From positions 963 to 64,962 of the forward strand of contig JBMNON010000006.1 of assembly GCA_050943115.1 (NCBI GenBank): DNA of 64,000 nucleotides. Direction: 5' to 3'. This document shows positions 40,379 through 50,151 of this stretch, in pieces. The first letter of the stretch is position 1, and every line of letters begins with the position of its first letter. The stretch comes from Patescibacteria group bacterium (lineage in GTDB: Bacteria > Patescibacteriota > Microgenomatia > UBA12405). The position numbers and the translations under genes are program-made. The notes under the pieces were generated by a model. The model searched no databases, was not told the origin of the DNA, and was given only the letters and a program-made list of their open reading frames with translations.

Positions 40379-41582
40379 GAATGTCTTCGATTGTTGAACC
40401 AATAATTTTTTCTCTGGTTTTTTGGTAAAAGTCCCTCATCCGAGCCGAGACCTGCCGCCAGGAGTTTTTACGGCCATAAATTATATTTCGCCTTTGCATA
40501 GCCAGTACATGCGGGGAATTTTTATTACTCAGGACATAATTGATTTTTTGGCCTAAGGCTTGGTGATCCTTGGTATCAATTAGAAAACCGTTGATGTTGT
40601 CGTCAATCAAGAAAGGTAGGGCTGTATTGTCGGCAACTAAGCAAACCAAACCTTGGCTTAAGCCTTCATGGACCACATTACAGAAACTTTCCCAAAGAGC
40701 CATATGAACCATCATTTGGGCATGTTTGATGAGGTAGAATTTGTCGATACCATTCACTACACCAACAAATATGACTCTCTTTTCCAGACCCAAATCGGTT
40801 ATCAGCTGAATAAGGGAGTCGTAGTAGTTGCGATCCGAAATGGGACCGGCGATGACATAACTAAGATCGGAGGGGGTCGAGACAAGAGCTTTTATGGCTG
40901 TTTCGTAATTTTTGATGGGATATATGCGACCAATTTGAATGATATATTTACCAAATTCTTTTACCTGATTTTTTATCTGCTGGCTAGCTTGATTTTCTAA
41001 ATCGGCAAAAGCCTCATCCTCAATACCGTTATCGATAACTTCAATTAGTTTAGGATTTAAATGTTTTTTAACCATTTCCTGTTTTTCCCACTCCGAAACC
41101 GCCCGGACACCATCGGCTGACAGGTTAATAAGAAGAACCCCGAGAGTAAAGTGGTAAATCCTTTTTAGAAAAGCGACAAGAGGGGGAAAGACAGACCACT
41201 CCGGATTAAAACCGCCGTGAGGAGTAATAATCAAAGAATAGTTTTTCCTATTAATAATTTTTAAAAAAAGGGTGAAGAGCATCAGCTGGAAATGAGGAAA
41301 GACGTTGAAGTTGTGCAGGCAAAGAAAATCTGTCTGTCGCCAGTCAATGTTCGGAATAAAACCAAAAAGACCAAAGGGGTACCTCCTGACCTTTAGGCCT
41401 TTTATCCTGCACTTTCGAGGCAGGCAGTTTTTGTCCAGCAAGGTGTTTTGGGAAGTGTGGACAGTAAGGCTCCAATTTTCCTCTATAAAATGACAATAAG
41501 TTTCGCGAATATTTGTTTCGATGCCGGCAGTTACCGGACAAAAATATTTTGTAACCACGTCAACTTTTAATTTGTTTTTCAT
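40353..41582 (-). CDS. Glycosyltransferase family 4
   Basis: GR...KN and ESF..V..E (Ex7E) motifs. Confidence 0.88.
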   Translation of the reverse strand: MKNKLKVDVVTKYFCPVTAGIETNIRETYCHFIEENWSLTVHTSQNTLLDKNCLPRKCRIKGLKVRRYPFGLFGFIPNIDWRQTDFLCLHNFNVFPHFQLMLFTLFLKIINRKNYSLIITPHGGFNPEWSVFPPLVAFLKRIYHFTLGVLLINLSADGVRAVSEWEKQEMVKKHLNPKLIEVIDNGIEDEAFADLENQASQQIKNQVKEFGKYIIQIGRIYPIKNYETAIKALVSTPSDLSYVIAGPISDRNYYDSLIQLITDLGLEKRVIFVGVVNGIDKFYLIKHAQMMVHMALWESFCNVVHEGLSQGLVCLVADNTALPFLIDDNINGFLIDTKDHQALGQKINYVLSNKNSPHVLAMQRRNIIYGRKNSWRQVSARMRDFYQKTREKIIGSTIEDIHVSSAKIK

Positions 41583-42382
41583 AGTCGGGCATATGAAGGG
41601 AAATAATTTTTAACAAATTGGCGGAAACTGACTCCCCTGTCAGAGTACGCTGCCTTGAATTCCCTAAAATCATGTGAATTATCGACACCAATTCGGGGGA
41701 TAGCCAGAGGATCGGTGGTGGGAGAAATTTGGCTGTCATCCATAGAAAAAGCAAGGGAATAACCAGCGGCCTCCACCATGTCCCGAATCATTTTGTTGTA
41801 GACTCCTTTAGGATATGCGAAAAATTTAATGGGAATTCCGTACTTGTCTTCCAGTTGTTTTTTAGAAGTAACAACTTCTTTGTAAAGATGGGATGGGGTA
41901 AGTGTGTTGAAATCAGCGTGGGTAGCGCTATGGCAGCCGAATTCCCAGCCGTCTTTGTCTAAGATTTTAATTTGATCTTTCGTAAGAAAACCGGAAACAG
42001 CTCCGAGCTGAGAAAAATTGGCATTCGCGGGGTCAGAAAGCAGGAAGACAATCGGCTTAAAGTAAAGTCGATTGATAATATCTCTTATGTCAAAAATGCT
42101 TTGAAGGCCATCGTCAAAAGTAAGAAGAAAGCCAGAAATATTTGATTTGTGTCCGGTAACAAAATCATAAAGTTTTGACGAAGAAATGAAGTTGGCGTAA
42201 GTTGCCAGATGAGTGAGTTGTTTCTCAAACTGGTCCGGGTTAACGGCAAAACGCCAGTCGCTTGTGACGATGTCATGGTAACAGAGAACTTTTATTCCGG
42301 GATACTCCCCTTTTATTAAGTTGTTGGAATGGTCAATCAAGTGATAAATTAACCTTCTTATCAAGGTTTTTGGTTCAGTCAT
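41579..42382 (-). CDS. Polysaccharide deacetylase (NodB/CE4)
   Basis: LCYH, LTFDDG, HSATH, FAYP.G. Start moved to MTEPK. Confidence 0.88.
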   Translation of the reverse strand: MTEPKTLIRRLIYHLIDHSNNLIKGEYPGIKVLCYHDIVTSDWRFAVNPDQFEKQLTHLATYANFISSSKLYDFVTGHKSNISGFLLTFDDGLQSIFDIRDIINRLYFKPIVFLLSDPANANFSQLGAVSGFLTKDQIKILDKDGWEFGCHSATHADFNTLTPSHLYKEVVTSKKQLEDKYGIPIKFFAYPKGVYNKMIRDMVEAAGYSLAFSMDDSQISPTTDPLAIPRIGVDNSHDFREFKAAYSDRGVSFRQFVKNYFPSYARL

Positions 42383-43301
42383 GGGGGTAATCCAAATATT
42401 TAGTTGAAGAGGAGATTTGCCAGATCCCTTTGTTAAAGACATAAGGTTTAATCTTGGCCTTAATCTTTGAAATTGCCAGAATATATAAGTAAAAAAAAGT
42501 ATGAAGAGGATACTGGGCAAAGATTCTTAAGAAAGCTTTTAGGGCCGGAGCAACAGGGATGCTGTAATGATTTTTTACGAATTGGTAACCATACTCAGAG
42601 ACAAGTTCATCTCTGGCCTGAAAAAACCTCTGACTTTGTCGTAAATGATCCTCAACATTTTGGGGCAATTTGAAAATGGCGACCGCATCTTTAGCGTACT
42701 GATATTTAAAGCCAAACTTTTTGGCGAATAAGTAAGAATGAGCATCTTCGGCCGTAAACTGTTTAAAGTCAATTTTATTGTAGAGCCTTTTGGAAAAAGC
42801 CCGGGCAATACCTTTGCAGGTATATATATTATTGCCTTGGTTGATGTTTTCAAAAAGATAATTTTTGAAAATGTTGCTGACAGCAATTGTCTCCTCAATA
42901 AAATTTTGGGGCGGGATTTCTCGGAGCCTAACAGACGTCAGGTCTGACTTTCTGTCAATAATGGGTCTGACTAACTTTTCAATAAATAAGCTGTCTTGGG
43001 GCAGGAGATCGGCATTAAGAAGAACAAGGATGTCGGTGTCGGTATAGGAAATGATTTGATTTTGGCGGTAAGGGGCACCTTTACGGAAATAGTTTTCCAG
43101 AACAAGAAGGCCGGGAAGGTCAAAACTACTGGCGATTTTGACAGTATTGTCATTACTGCCATCGGAAGCAACAATTACTTTTTTTAAGATATAATCTTTT
43201 TGCTCCTGTTCTTTTAGAAGATTTAGTAAGTTGCCGATATTAGCCTCTTCATTGAAAGCGGGAATGCCAATTGTAACCGTAAGTTTATTTTTATTTCCCA
43301 T
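42375..43301 (-). CDS. Glycosyltransferase family 2
   Basis: IPAFNEE, DGSND.T, NAD, AED. Confidence 0.88.
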   Translation of the reverse strand: MGNKNKLTVTIGIPAFNEEANIGNLLNLLKEQEQKDYILKKVIVASDGSNDNTVKIASSFDLPGLLVLENYFRKGAPYRQNQIISYTDTDILVLLNADLLPQDSLFIEKLVRPIIDRKSDLTSVRLREIPPQNFIEETIAVSNIFKNYLFENINQGNNIYTCKGIARAFSKRLYNKIDFKQFTAEDAHSYLFAKKFGFKYQYAKDAVAIFKLPQNVEDHLRQSQRFFQARDELVSEYGYQFVKNHYSIPVAPALKAFLRIFAQYPLHTFFYLYILAISKIKAKIKPYVFNKGIWQISSSTKYLDYPHD

Positions 43302-46300
43302 AACTACTTTCAATAATTTTTAAAAACTGGTCAGTGCTCTTGGACCAGGAAAAGTTTTTAGACCATTTCAAGCTACCCTTTTCCAGCTTATGCCTTAACT
43401 TTTCGTTATTTATCAACAGGTTTATTTTTTTTGCAAATTCAGGCGCATTGCCCTTGGTGACTAAAAAACCGGTGTGGGGGTTTTGGACGGAATCACGAAG
43501 ACCCGGGACATCTGAAGCAATAACGGGAGTACCGGAAGCATTGGCTTCTATGGCTGATATACCCCATCCTTCCATAGATGAAGGCTGAACAAATATCCAG
43601 GATTGGCTAAGTAGTTTTACTTTTGCTTCTTCGCTAACTTTACCTAAGAATTGAACAAACTTGTCCAACCTTAAGTCTTTTACTAACTGCTCCAGATACT
43701 CTCTACTTTCTCCAAATCCGGCAATTTTTAAAGTCGCCTGCGGGTTTTTCTGAACTACCAGCTTCATGGCTCTTATTAGGGTATCTATAGATTTGTAGGC
43801 TTTAAGACGGCCTAAATACAGAATCGAAGGGTTAATGGTTTTTTTCTGAGGATGAAACTTACTATCTTCGACTCCCGGATTAATAATTTCGATAGGAAAG
43901 CTAGTGCCGAATCCGAGTTTTTCCATGTCTATTTTTGAAGAAGGAGAAATTGTGACCATTTGAGTATTTTTGTAAACCTTGGGCATAAGTTTTCCTTCCA
44001 GAAAGCAGGCCAAAGAAGCCATGGGGGCAGAGAGATTTTGGCGAAAGACATTCTGATGGATGTGATAGAGAAGCCCAATTTTTGGTTTACGACTAAAAAG
44101 AGGTGAAAAGAAAGGGACTCCGTTTATAGAGTCTATGATTACATCTGTCTTTTTTCTAAAAGAGAAGAAGTATTTGATGAAGGCCCACAAATACACCGTA
44201 TAAAAACCGCCTTTCCTAACAACTTTCACACCATCAATATATTCTTGCGAGGGTGAGCGGCGATCATTGCTGCAAAATAAAGTGACGTTGTGACCAAGCG
44301 ATACCAGCCTTTTGGCGATTTCATGAACATAAACTTCGGCGCCCCCTGACCAAATGTGCCGGATATCCCGCCAATTGAAAATTAGAATGTTTAACTTTTG
44401 CTTTTCTTTTTTCGGAGAGTCTTTTAGGTGAAGTCCATGAATAGTTTTCTCCCAATAGTGGGGCTTAACTATAAGTTGATAGAAAGCAATTCCGGCGGCC
44501 ACCGAGGCCATCAACCAGTAAAAGGGTACGAGAAAAACATACTTCATCAGCCACCAGTATTTCCTTTTGGCCAAACCTATCATGTAATAGTAGAGAAAAA
44601 GAAAATTTCCAAATACAAAGGATGCCGCAGCCATATAGAAAATTACGGGGGGATAAAGGGACTCGATAGTGGGGCCGACCAGACTGTTGAGGGCAAAGTA
44701 AGAGATGGTTGTCAGCCACATAAACGGATTAATAAGCATAAAGGCAATCTTGCCACCAATAGAAAGATGAAAAAGTACAGTATGCCAGCCATGACGACGG
44801 AAAAAGCTGATGGGGTCACGAAGATGAACAAGATAAGTTTGAATGTAGCCTTTAACCCAACGGGAACGCTGCCGAAGCCAGTTTTTGGGGTTACTGTTAG
44901 CTTCTTCAAAAGTAACGGAGTCGACGATGGCGGTTTTGGCTCCCCTTTTGAAAAGGCGAATACCAAGATCCGCGTCTTCGGTGACGTTAAAAGGGTCCCA
45001 ACCTTCAAGTTCGAGTAAATCTTTGGTTCTAAAATGATTGCTGGTTCCGCCAAGAGGAATTACAGTATTAACAGTTTGAAGCCCGGTGAGAATAACGTCA
45101 AACCATAGGGAATATTCGGCTGTAAAAAGGCGGGTAAGAAGGTTTTGGTTGGAGTTATAGTAGTTGAGTTTGGCCTGAATGCATTTAACGTCAGAGCTGA
45201 CTTGCTTAAAAGCCAGGTACACCTTTTTTAATTGAAGAGGATCCGGCGAATCTTCGGCATCGTAGATTACAAGGAAATCCCCCTTGGCATGATTTAATCC
45301 GTAATTACATGCCTTGGGTTTAGTTTTAGGTTGAGATTCGGGGACAATTAGGATACGGATATATGGAGGCAAATCCAGTTCATAGGCGGTTTGAACGGTT
45401 TCCTTATCGTCCTTCTCCAAAAGGAGGATAACATCTAGTTTATCTTTGGGCCAGTCAATTTTACTTATAGAATTAAGCAAGTCCGGCAACACCTTAGCTT
45501 CCCGATACATGGGGCAAAGTATGGTATAGACAGGCAGCTCTTTGTCGCGAAGGGTATTAATTTTTTGCGAAGAGATTTCAATTTCCGGCGGAAAATGAAG
45601 ACTGCGTAAAATCAGAATCAGATTGAAGGTGAGATCAATAAAATAAGCAAAAGTGAGAATGGCGGTAAGGGCGATTAGGGTGTTTAAGGGAGAGATTGCT
45701 AAAAATCCCAGAATCAAGGCGATTATCGATAGTAAGGCAATTTTTTGCCAGAGAACCAGAGTATGAACAGCGGAATATTTATGTTCAAGGGTTGTGTGAG
45801 TAATAAACTTAGCCCGATGGTGGATAACTCCAGCCCCGGTCATGGAATTAACGTCACCGGGATCTATCTTTAGCGGTTTTTGCGAAGTAAGATTGAATTT
45901 AACAAATTGATTGCCAAATTCCCTGAACAAAGAGAGTAGTTTTATTTTGGATTTACGGTATGAATGACGATTAATCAATGCTTTAGTCTGGCCGACGGTA
46001 AATCCCATTTCGAGAGAGGTCCGGATTAGAGGGGTTAGTAAATTAAATTTTGTAATATCGACGGCTTCAATTTGTCTGAGAATGTCACTTTTGACCACAA
46101 AGGGTTCGATGGTGCCGGAAAGTCTAATTTTTTTGTAAGAAAAAGATCCGGGTTTCTTTTCTACCCTTAATTCAGAAGCGAGAACAAGTCCGTAAAGCTG
46201 TGTTAGTTCGAACATTTCAGACATAATTTCAGGGGGATAATCAGAGTCGATATCCAATACGGCGATGTAAGGAGAGAAAGATAGAACTAAAGCTTCCAGG

Positions 46301-46542
46301 ACTGAAAAGGTCTTGCCCGATTGGCTGCGCTTTTTTTTGTACTCCAAGGGGTAATATTTAGACAGCACTCTTACAGTCTGCCGCAGGCTACCGTCCCGAC
46401 TTTCATCTAAAATTATGGCTTTATAAGCAATGTTGTTTTTGGTTAATTCGAGATTTAAGCGCTTCAAATAGGATGATAAGGGCTTGGTCTGACTTTTGGT
46501 CAAAATAATCACATCCAATAGTGTCAAGGCATTTTTTGGCAT
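43291..46542 (-). CDS. Multidomain glycosyltransferase: degenerate GT2 + processive synthase-like GT2 with TMs + GT4
   Basis: TKPKACN, YDAED, TEDAD and QRSRW (QxxRW), followed by GGAEVY and EGWGISAIEA. Confidence 0.9.
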   Translation of the reverse strand: MPKNALTLLDVIILTKSQTKPLSSYLKRLNLELTKNNIAYKAIILDESRDGSLRQTVRVLSKYYPLEYKKKRSQSGKTFSVLEALVLSFSPYIAVLDIDSDYPPEIMSEMFELTQLYGLVLASELRVEKKPGSFSYKKIRLSGTIEPFVVKSDILRQIEAVDITKFNLLTPLIRTSLEMGFTVGQTKALINRHSYRKSKIKLLSLFREFGNQFVKFNLTSQKPLKIDPGDVNSMTGAGVIHHRAKFITHTTLEHKYSAVHTLVLWQKIALLSIIALILGFLAISPLNTLIALTAILTFAYFIDLTFNLILILRSLHFPPEIEISSQKINTLRDKELPVYTILCPMYREAKVLPDLLNSISKIDWPKDKLDVILLLEKDDKETVQTAYELDLPPYIRILIVPESQPKTKPKACNYGLNHAKGDFLVIYDAEDSPDPLQLKKVYLAFKQVSSDVKCIQAKLNYYNSNQNLLTRLFTAEYSLWFDVILTGLQTVNTVIPLGGTSNHFRTKDLLELEGWDPFNVTEDADLGIRLFKRGAKTAIVDSVTFEEANSNPKNWLRQRSRWVKGYIQTYLVHLRDPISFFRRHGWHTVLFHLSIGGKIAFMLINPFMWLTTISYFALNSLVGPTIESLYPPVIFYMAAASFVFGNFLFLYYYMIGLAKRKYWWLMKYVFLVPFYWLMASVAAGIAFYQLIVKPHYWEKTIHGLHLKDSPKKEKQKLNILIFNWRDIRHIWSGGAEVYVHEIAKRLVSLGHNVTLFCSNDRRSPSQEYIDGVKVVRKGGFYTVYLWAFIKYFFSFRKKTDVIIDSINGVPFFSPLFSRKPKIGLLYHIHQNVFRQNLSAPMASLACFLEGKLMPKVYKNTQMVTISPSSKIDMEKLGFGTSFPIEIINPGVEDSKFHPQKKTINPSILYLGRLKAYKSIDTLIRAMKLVVQKNPQATLKIAGFGESREYLEQLVKDLRLDKFVQFLGKVSEEAKVKLLSQSWIFVQPSSMEGWGISAIEANASGTPVIASDVPGLRDSVQNPHTGFLVTKGNAPEFAKKINLLINNEKLRHKLEKGSLKWSKNFSWSKSTDQFLKIIESSYGK

Positions 46543-46723
46543 AAAAACAATGAAATTTTTACTAAGGAGAGGATAAGATTTTTATGTAATTAAACCGACA
46601 AAGCTGTGTAATAAAAAGGTAAACTAGGAAGCGTGGTATTTATTTCTCCTTTTCGTCCTAAATTGTGAACTGCTTTATTAGAAGTTGTGGAAATAAGTTT
46701 GTCGATTGGGAAAATCAGCTAAG

Positions 46724-47209
46724 TCAGGTTATCACCGCCTCAAGGGGGGTGGCAATTTTCCTGTAATCATGGGAGCTAATGGATATAGATACTCCCCTAT
46801 CACCAGCGTTAAAAATTATTAATTTATTTTCAAAAAGAGACGGGTCAACAATAAGGGGTATTGAAAACAGGTTACCAAAAGGAGGAATGGCACCGGGCAA
46901 AATGCCTTGAGTAAGAATGCTGATTTCTTCGGGAGTAACAAATTTAAATTCTTTAATATTGAGAAGGATTTTAACTTTTTTGTTGTCAAACTTCCGGTCG
47001 GCCGGGAAAACCAACATAACAAAGTCGCTGTGGTAAAAAGGCCTAGGGATTTTAATAATAATTGCCTTAGCCCCTTGTTTCAGGGAATAACCAGTTCGGA
47101 GAGAGGCGGCCTCCTGGCTGGTTTTAACAGAGGGGTGTTCAAAATACCGATAAACAAGATGATGGCTTTCAAAAAATGAAACCAGTTGGCTAACAAAAGG
47201 GTGGGGCAT
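46724..47209 (-). CDS. YbaK/ProX-like aminoacyl-tRNA editing domain protein
   Basis: H..VKTS.EAA, AKAIII, G..PGAIPPFG, FNAG. Confidence 0.88.
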   Translation of the reverse strand: MPHPFVSQLVSFFESHHLVYRYFEHPSVKTSQEAASLRTGYSLKQGAKAIIIKIPRPFYHSDFVMLVFPADRKFDNKKVKILLNIKEFKFVTPEEISILTQGILPGAIPPFGNLFSIPLIVDPSLFENKLIIFNAGDRGVSISISSHDYRKIATPLEAVIT

Positions 47210-47283
47210 TTCTTCTTACAATTTTATTACATTATTCTGTAGCTAACAAAGAAACACTATTTTAGAATTATATAGGCAAAAAG

Positions 47284-48102
47284 ATGAAGAAATTAAAGCT
47301 TAACGACGAGACTAAAATTCCCATAATTGGCCTAGGAACATGGCAATTGCATGGAGATAATTGTGTCAGGGCTGTGGAAGAGGCCTTGGAGGTCGGTTAC
47401 AGGCATCTTGATACCGCTGAGGCTTATGACAACCAAGTGGAAGTGGGCCGGGGAATCAAAAATATCGGCCTGAGTCGTGAAAAGATCTTTATCACATCCA
47501 AAGTCTGGATGACACATCTTAAGAAAGATCAGGTAGAAGGTGCCTTGAATAAGACACTGGAAGAGCTGGACACGGAATACCTTGACCTTTATTTGATTCA
47601 TTGGCCGAACAGATCGGTTCCCATAGAGGAAACACTTGAAGCGATGACAGAATTAAAAAGAAAAAATTTGATCAAAGCAATCGGAGTCTCTAATTTTACA
47701 ATTAACCATTTAAAAGATGCCTTGAAAACCGGGATGGAGGTAAGCAACAATCAAGTGGAATTTCATCCCAGTTTAAACCAGGAGGACTTGAAGGAATTTT
47801 GTGATGAAAACGGGATAACCTTAACAGCCTATTCCCCGATAGCACAGGGCAGGGATTTGAATTTGGAAATTATTGAAGGACTGTCACAAAAATACAAAAG
47901 AAGTCGGTCTCAAGTGATCTTGCGGTGGTTAATACAAAAAGAAATAATTGTCATTCCCAGGTCGGAAAATCCGGTTCATATCCGAGATAATTATGAAAGC
48001 TTAAACTGGGAGATGGAAAGTAGCGATATTGATTTGATTGACAGTGTTGACAGGCTGAGTAACCGAATAGTCAATCCTTTGTTTGGCGACTTTAATTATT
48101 AA
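47284..48102 (+). CDS. Aldo/keto reductase
   Basis: GLGTW, GYRHLDTA..Y, YLDLYLIHWP, IGVSNF, AYSP. Confidence 0.95.
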   Translation: MKKLKLNDETKIPIIGLGTWQLHGDNCVRAVEEALEVGYRHLDTAEAYDNQVEVGRGIKNIGLSREKIFITSKVWMTHLKKDQVEGALNKTLEELDTEYLDLYLIHWPNRSVPIEETLEAMTELKRKNLIKAIGVSNFTINHLKDALKTGMEVSNNQVEFHPSLNQEDLKEFCDENGITLTAYSPIAQGRDLNLEIIEGLSQKYKRSRSQVILRWLIQKEIIVIPRSENPVHIRDNYESLNWEMESSDIDLIDSVDRLSNRIVNPLFGDFNY

Positions 48103-48308
48103 GTTGTTCTGGGTTTTGAACTAAGAGCAAAAAGTACGTAGAGGGCCGATACTCCAACCAGAATATAAATAATACGGGCAATAATCGGCACACTACCAAA
48201 AAGGGCCAGCACCAAATCAAAACCGAATAAACCAATAAGGCCCCAGTTTATTCCGCCAATAATAAGCAGTACAAGAAAAAACCAGTCAACGGCAGATAAA
48301 TTTCTCAT
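48099..48308 (-). CDS. DUF378 family membrane protein
   Basis: LLIIGGINWGLIGLFGFDLV..LFG...ARIIYILVGVSALY. Confidence 0.9.
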   Translation of the reverse strand: MRNLSAVDWFFLVLLIIGGINWGLIGLFGFDLVLALFGSVPIIARIIYILVGVSALYVLFALSSKPRTT

Positions 48309-48465
48309 AAATAATATAATTTGTAACAATTCAATTGTAAGCTTGGGGAGTAAGGAAGCAGTAATAAAAGATTAAGAAATCGTTAATAGTTTTTGATTGA
48401 TATATTACGAAAGATTAACAATAGTCTTGCGCAATTATTAAGAAATTGTCATAGAGTAAGTGTTT

Positions 48466-49293
48466 ATGATAAGAAAACTGGTGATTTTCGCAGTAATGGT
48501 AGTAGCAAGCACATTCTTGCTCATGGCCGGAAGTGTTCAAGCTGGTGACCGGTGCATATACCGAGACACGCAAGCCAGGGTTCAGAAAAATATTAGTGAC
48601 CCATGGAAAAAGGAAATGTCTTTGAATCGGGGAGAGTACTTTAACGTAGGATCATTCCACAACGGTACAGGGCAATTTGCCAACGACACTTGGATAAAAG
48701 TAAGTGACCCAGGAGGTAGAATTTTTTGGGCAAGCAACGGAGAGAGTTTGCAGACAACAATACCCGGGATATACAAGGTGGAAGTGGGCACGCATAACCA
48801 AACAGGATTAGGGTGTTTTGAAACAGCTTGGATAAGGGTGATGCCGATAAAAAGTGTTGTGCGAGATGATATTTGTCTTTATGGAAGTACCCAATCAAGA
48901 GTACAGCAAGATATCTTCCACCACTGGGATCACTATATAAAGATCAATCAGGGAGGCTATTTTAATGTCGGGTCTTTTCACAACCAAACAGGCCAATTTG
49001 CTCATGATACAACTATTGAGGTTGTCGGACCGGAGGGAGAAAGGCGGTTTTTAAAAAATGGCAATCGGATTAAAGCCGAGAGGTCTGGTATTTATAGAGT
49101 AATTGTTAGAACCGGCGGTCAAAGCGGATCCGGATGCATGGATACTTCAACTGTCGAGGTAATACCACGGCCGGAGCTTAAAAATTATTACGAATCCTGG
49201 GTAGTCCCAATGTGGAAAAATTTCGAACCATCAAGAGAGTGCCAATGGACTAATTGGGGGTCGTATATTTGTGATCACGACTACAATAATTAA
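48466..49293 (+). CDS. Secreted protein with two ~105-aa tandem repeats
   Basis: Signal peptide; the unit C.Y..TQ.RVQ...W.....G.YFNVGSFHN.TGQFA.DT...G.Y.V.V.T..Q.G.GC occurs twice. Confidence 0.8.
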   Translation: MIRKLVIFAVMVVASTFLLMAGSVQAGDRCIYRDTQARVQKNISDPWKKEMSLNRGEYFNVGSFHNGTGQFANDTWIKVSDPGGRIFWASNGESLQTTIPGIYKVEVGTHNQTGLGCFETAWIRVMPIKSVVRDDICLYGSTQSRVQQDIFHHWDHYIKINQGGYFNVGSFHNQTGQFAHDTTIEVVGPEGERRFLKNGNRIKAERSGIYRVIVRTGGQSGSGCMDTSTVEVIPRPELKNYYESWVVPMWKNFEPSRECQWTNWGSYICDHDYNN

Positions 49294-49958
49294 GGGGTGA
49301 GAGTGGGTTGAACAAGCGTTGTGGTGGGCTGAGGACTGGGAGTCGGTGAATTTTCTACCTGATAAATAAAGTTCTTTTTTAAAAGCACCTCATTGCCGGT
49401 AGCCACGCTTTTTACTCTAACTTCCAATCTTTTTTCGCCCGAAGTCAGATTGTAAAGATAAATGGCTTTATCAGTAAAATCGGTCCAAGGTTGGCCGTTT
49501 AGGCTATATGACCAGACAACAGCACAATACTCATCCTTATTATGGTTAATGTCGATTAGCACCGGATCCTTGCCGACTACTTCCCCTTCTCTGGGTGAAA
49601 TAATTTCTACCGGACCAATTTCGTTTTTACATACTTTTGGCGTGGGAGAATCCGGCTCACTAGTTGGTGACGGGGTAAGGGTGCTTTCCTTTATTGTCGA
49701 ACTGATAAGAGCTTCGATTTCTGAGGCAGTTAGATTATCTTCCTTTACCCGGCTTTGGGTCGGAGACGGGGCAGGTTCGGTTGGAAGGGGCTGATTGCCA
49801 GGGGGGGTGTTTTTCTTCATATTGTTTAAATTGTTGACATTCATGAGAATGACGGTAATCAAAACAGGTAGGGACAGGAAGGCACTAAAAAATTCGACAT
49901 ACCTCTTTTTGTCGGGCAGACCTTGAACACTTTTTCTAACTTTACCGAAAATAGACAT
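49290..49958 (-). CDS. Membrane-anchored protein with Pro/Thr linker and Ig-like domain
   Basis: N-terminal TM; I.SP.EG and WSYSLNG..W....L..G...L.VRV. Confidence 0.7.
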   Translation of the reverse strand: MSIFGKVRKSVQGLPDKKRYVEFFSAFLSLPVLITVILMNVNNLNNMKKNTPPGNQPLPTEPAPSPTQSRVKEDNLTASEIEALISSTIKESTLTPSPTSEPDSPTPKVCKNEIGPVEIISPREGEVVGKDPVLIDINHNKDEYCAVVWSYSLNGQPWTDFTDKAIYLYNLTSGEKRLEVRVKSVATGNEVLLKKNFIYQVENSPTPSPQPTTTLVQPTLTP

Positions 49959-50151
49959 AGTAGTGATATCAATTTTATCACCTTAGTGCTGATTTCAAGG
50001 GGTGGATTGAAAGCTGATATTAAGTATTACATACAGGGTCTATGGAGGTAGCAATACGAGAAACACATAAGCAATAGTATTATCCAAGTTTAACTAAGCT
50101 GCGGATACTTATCGCCAAAATACTTACGACCATATTCCCATAATAAGTATG

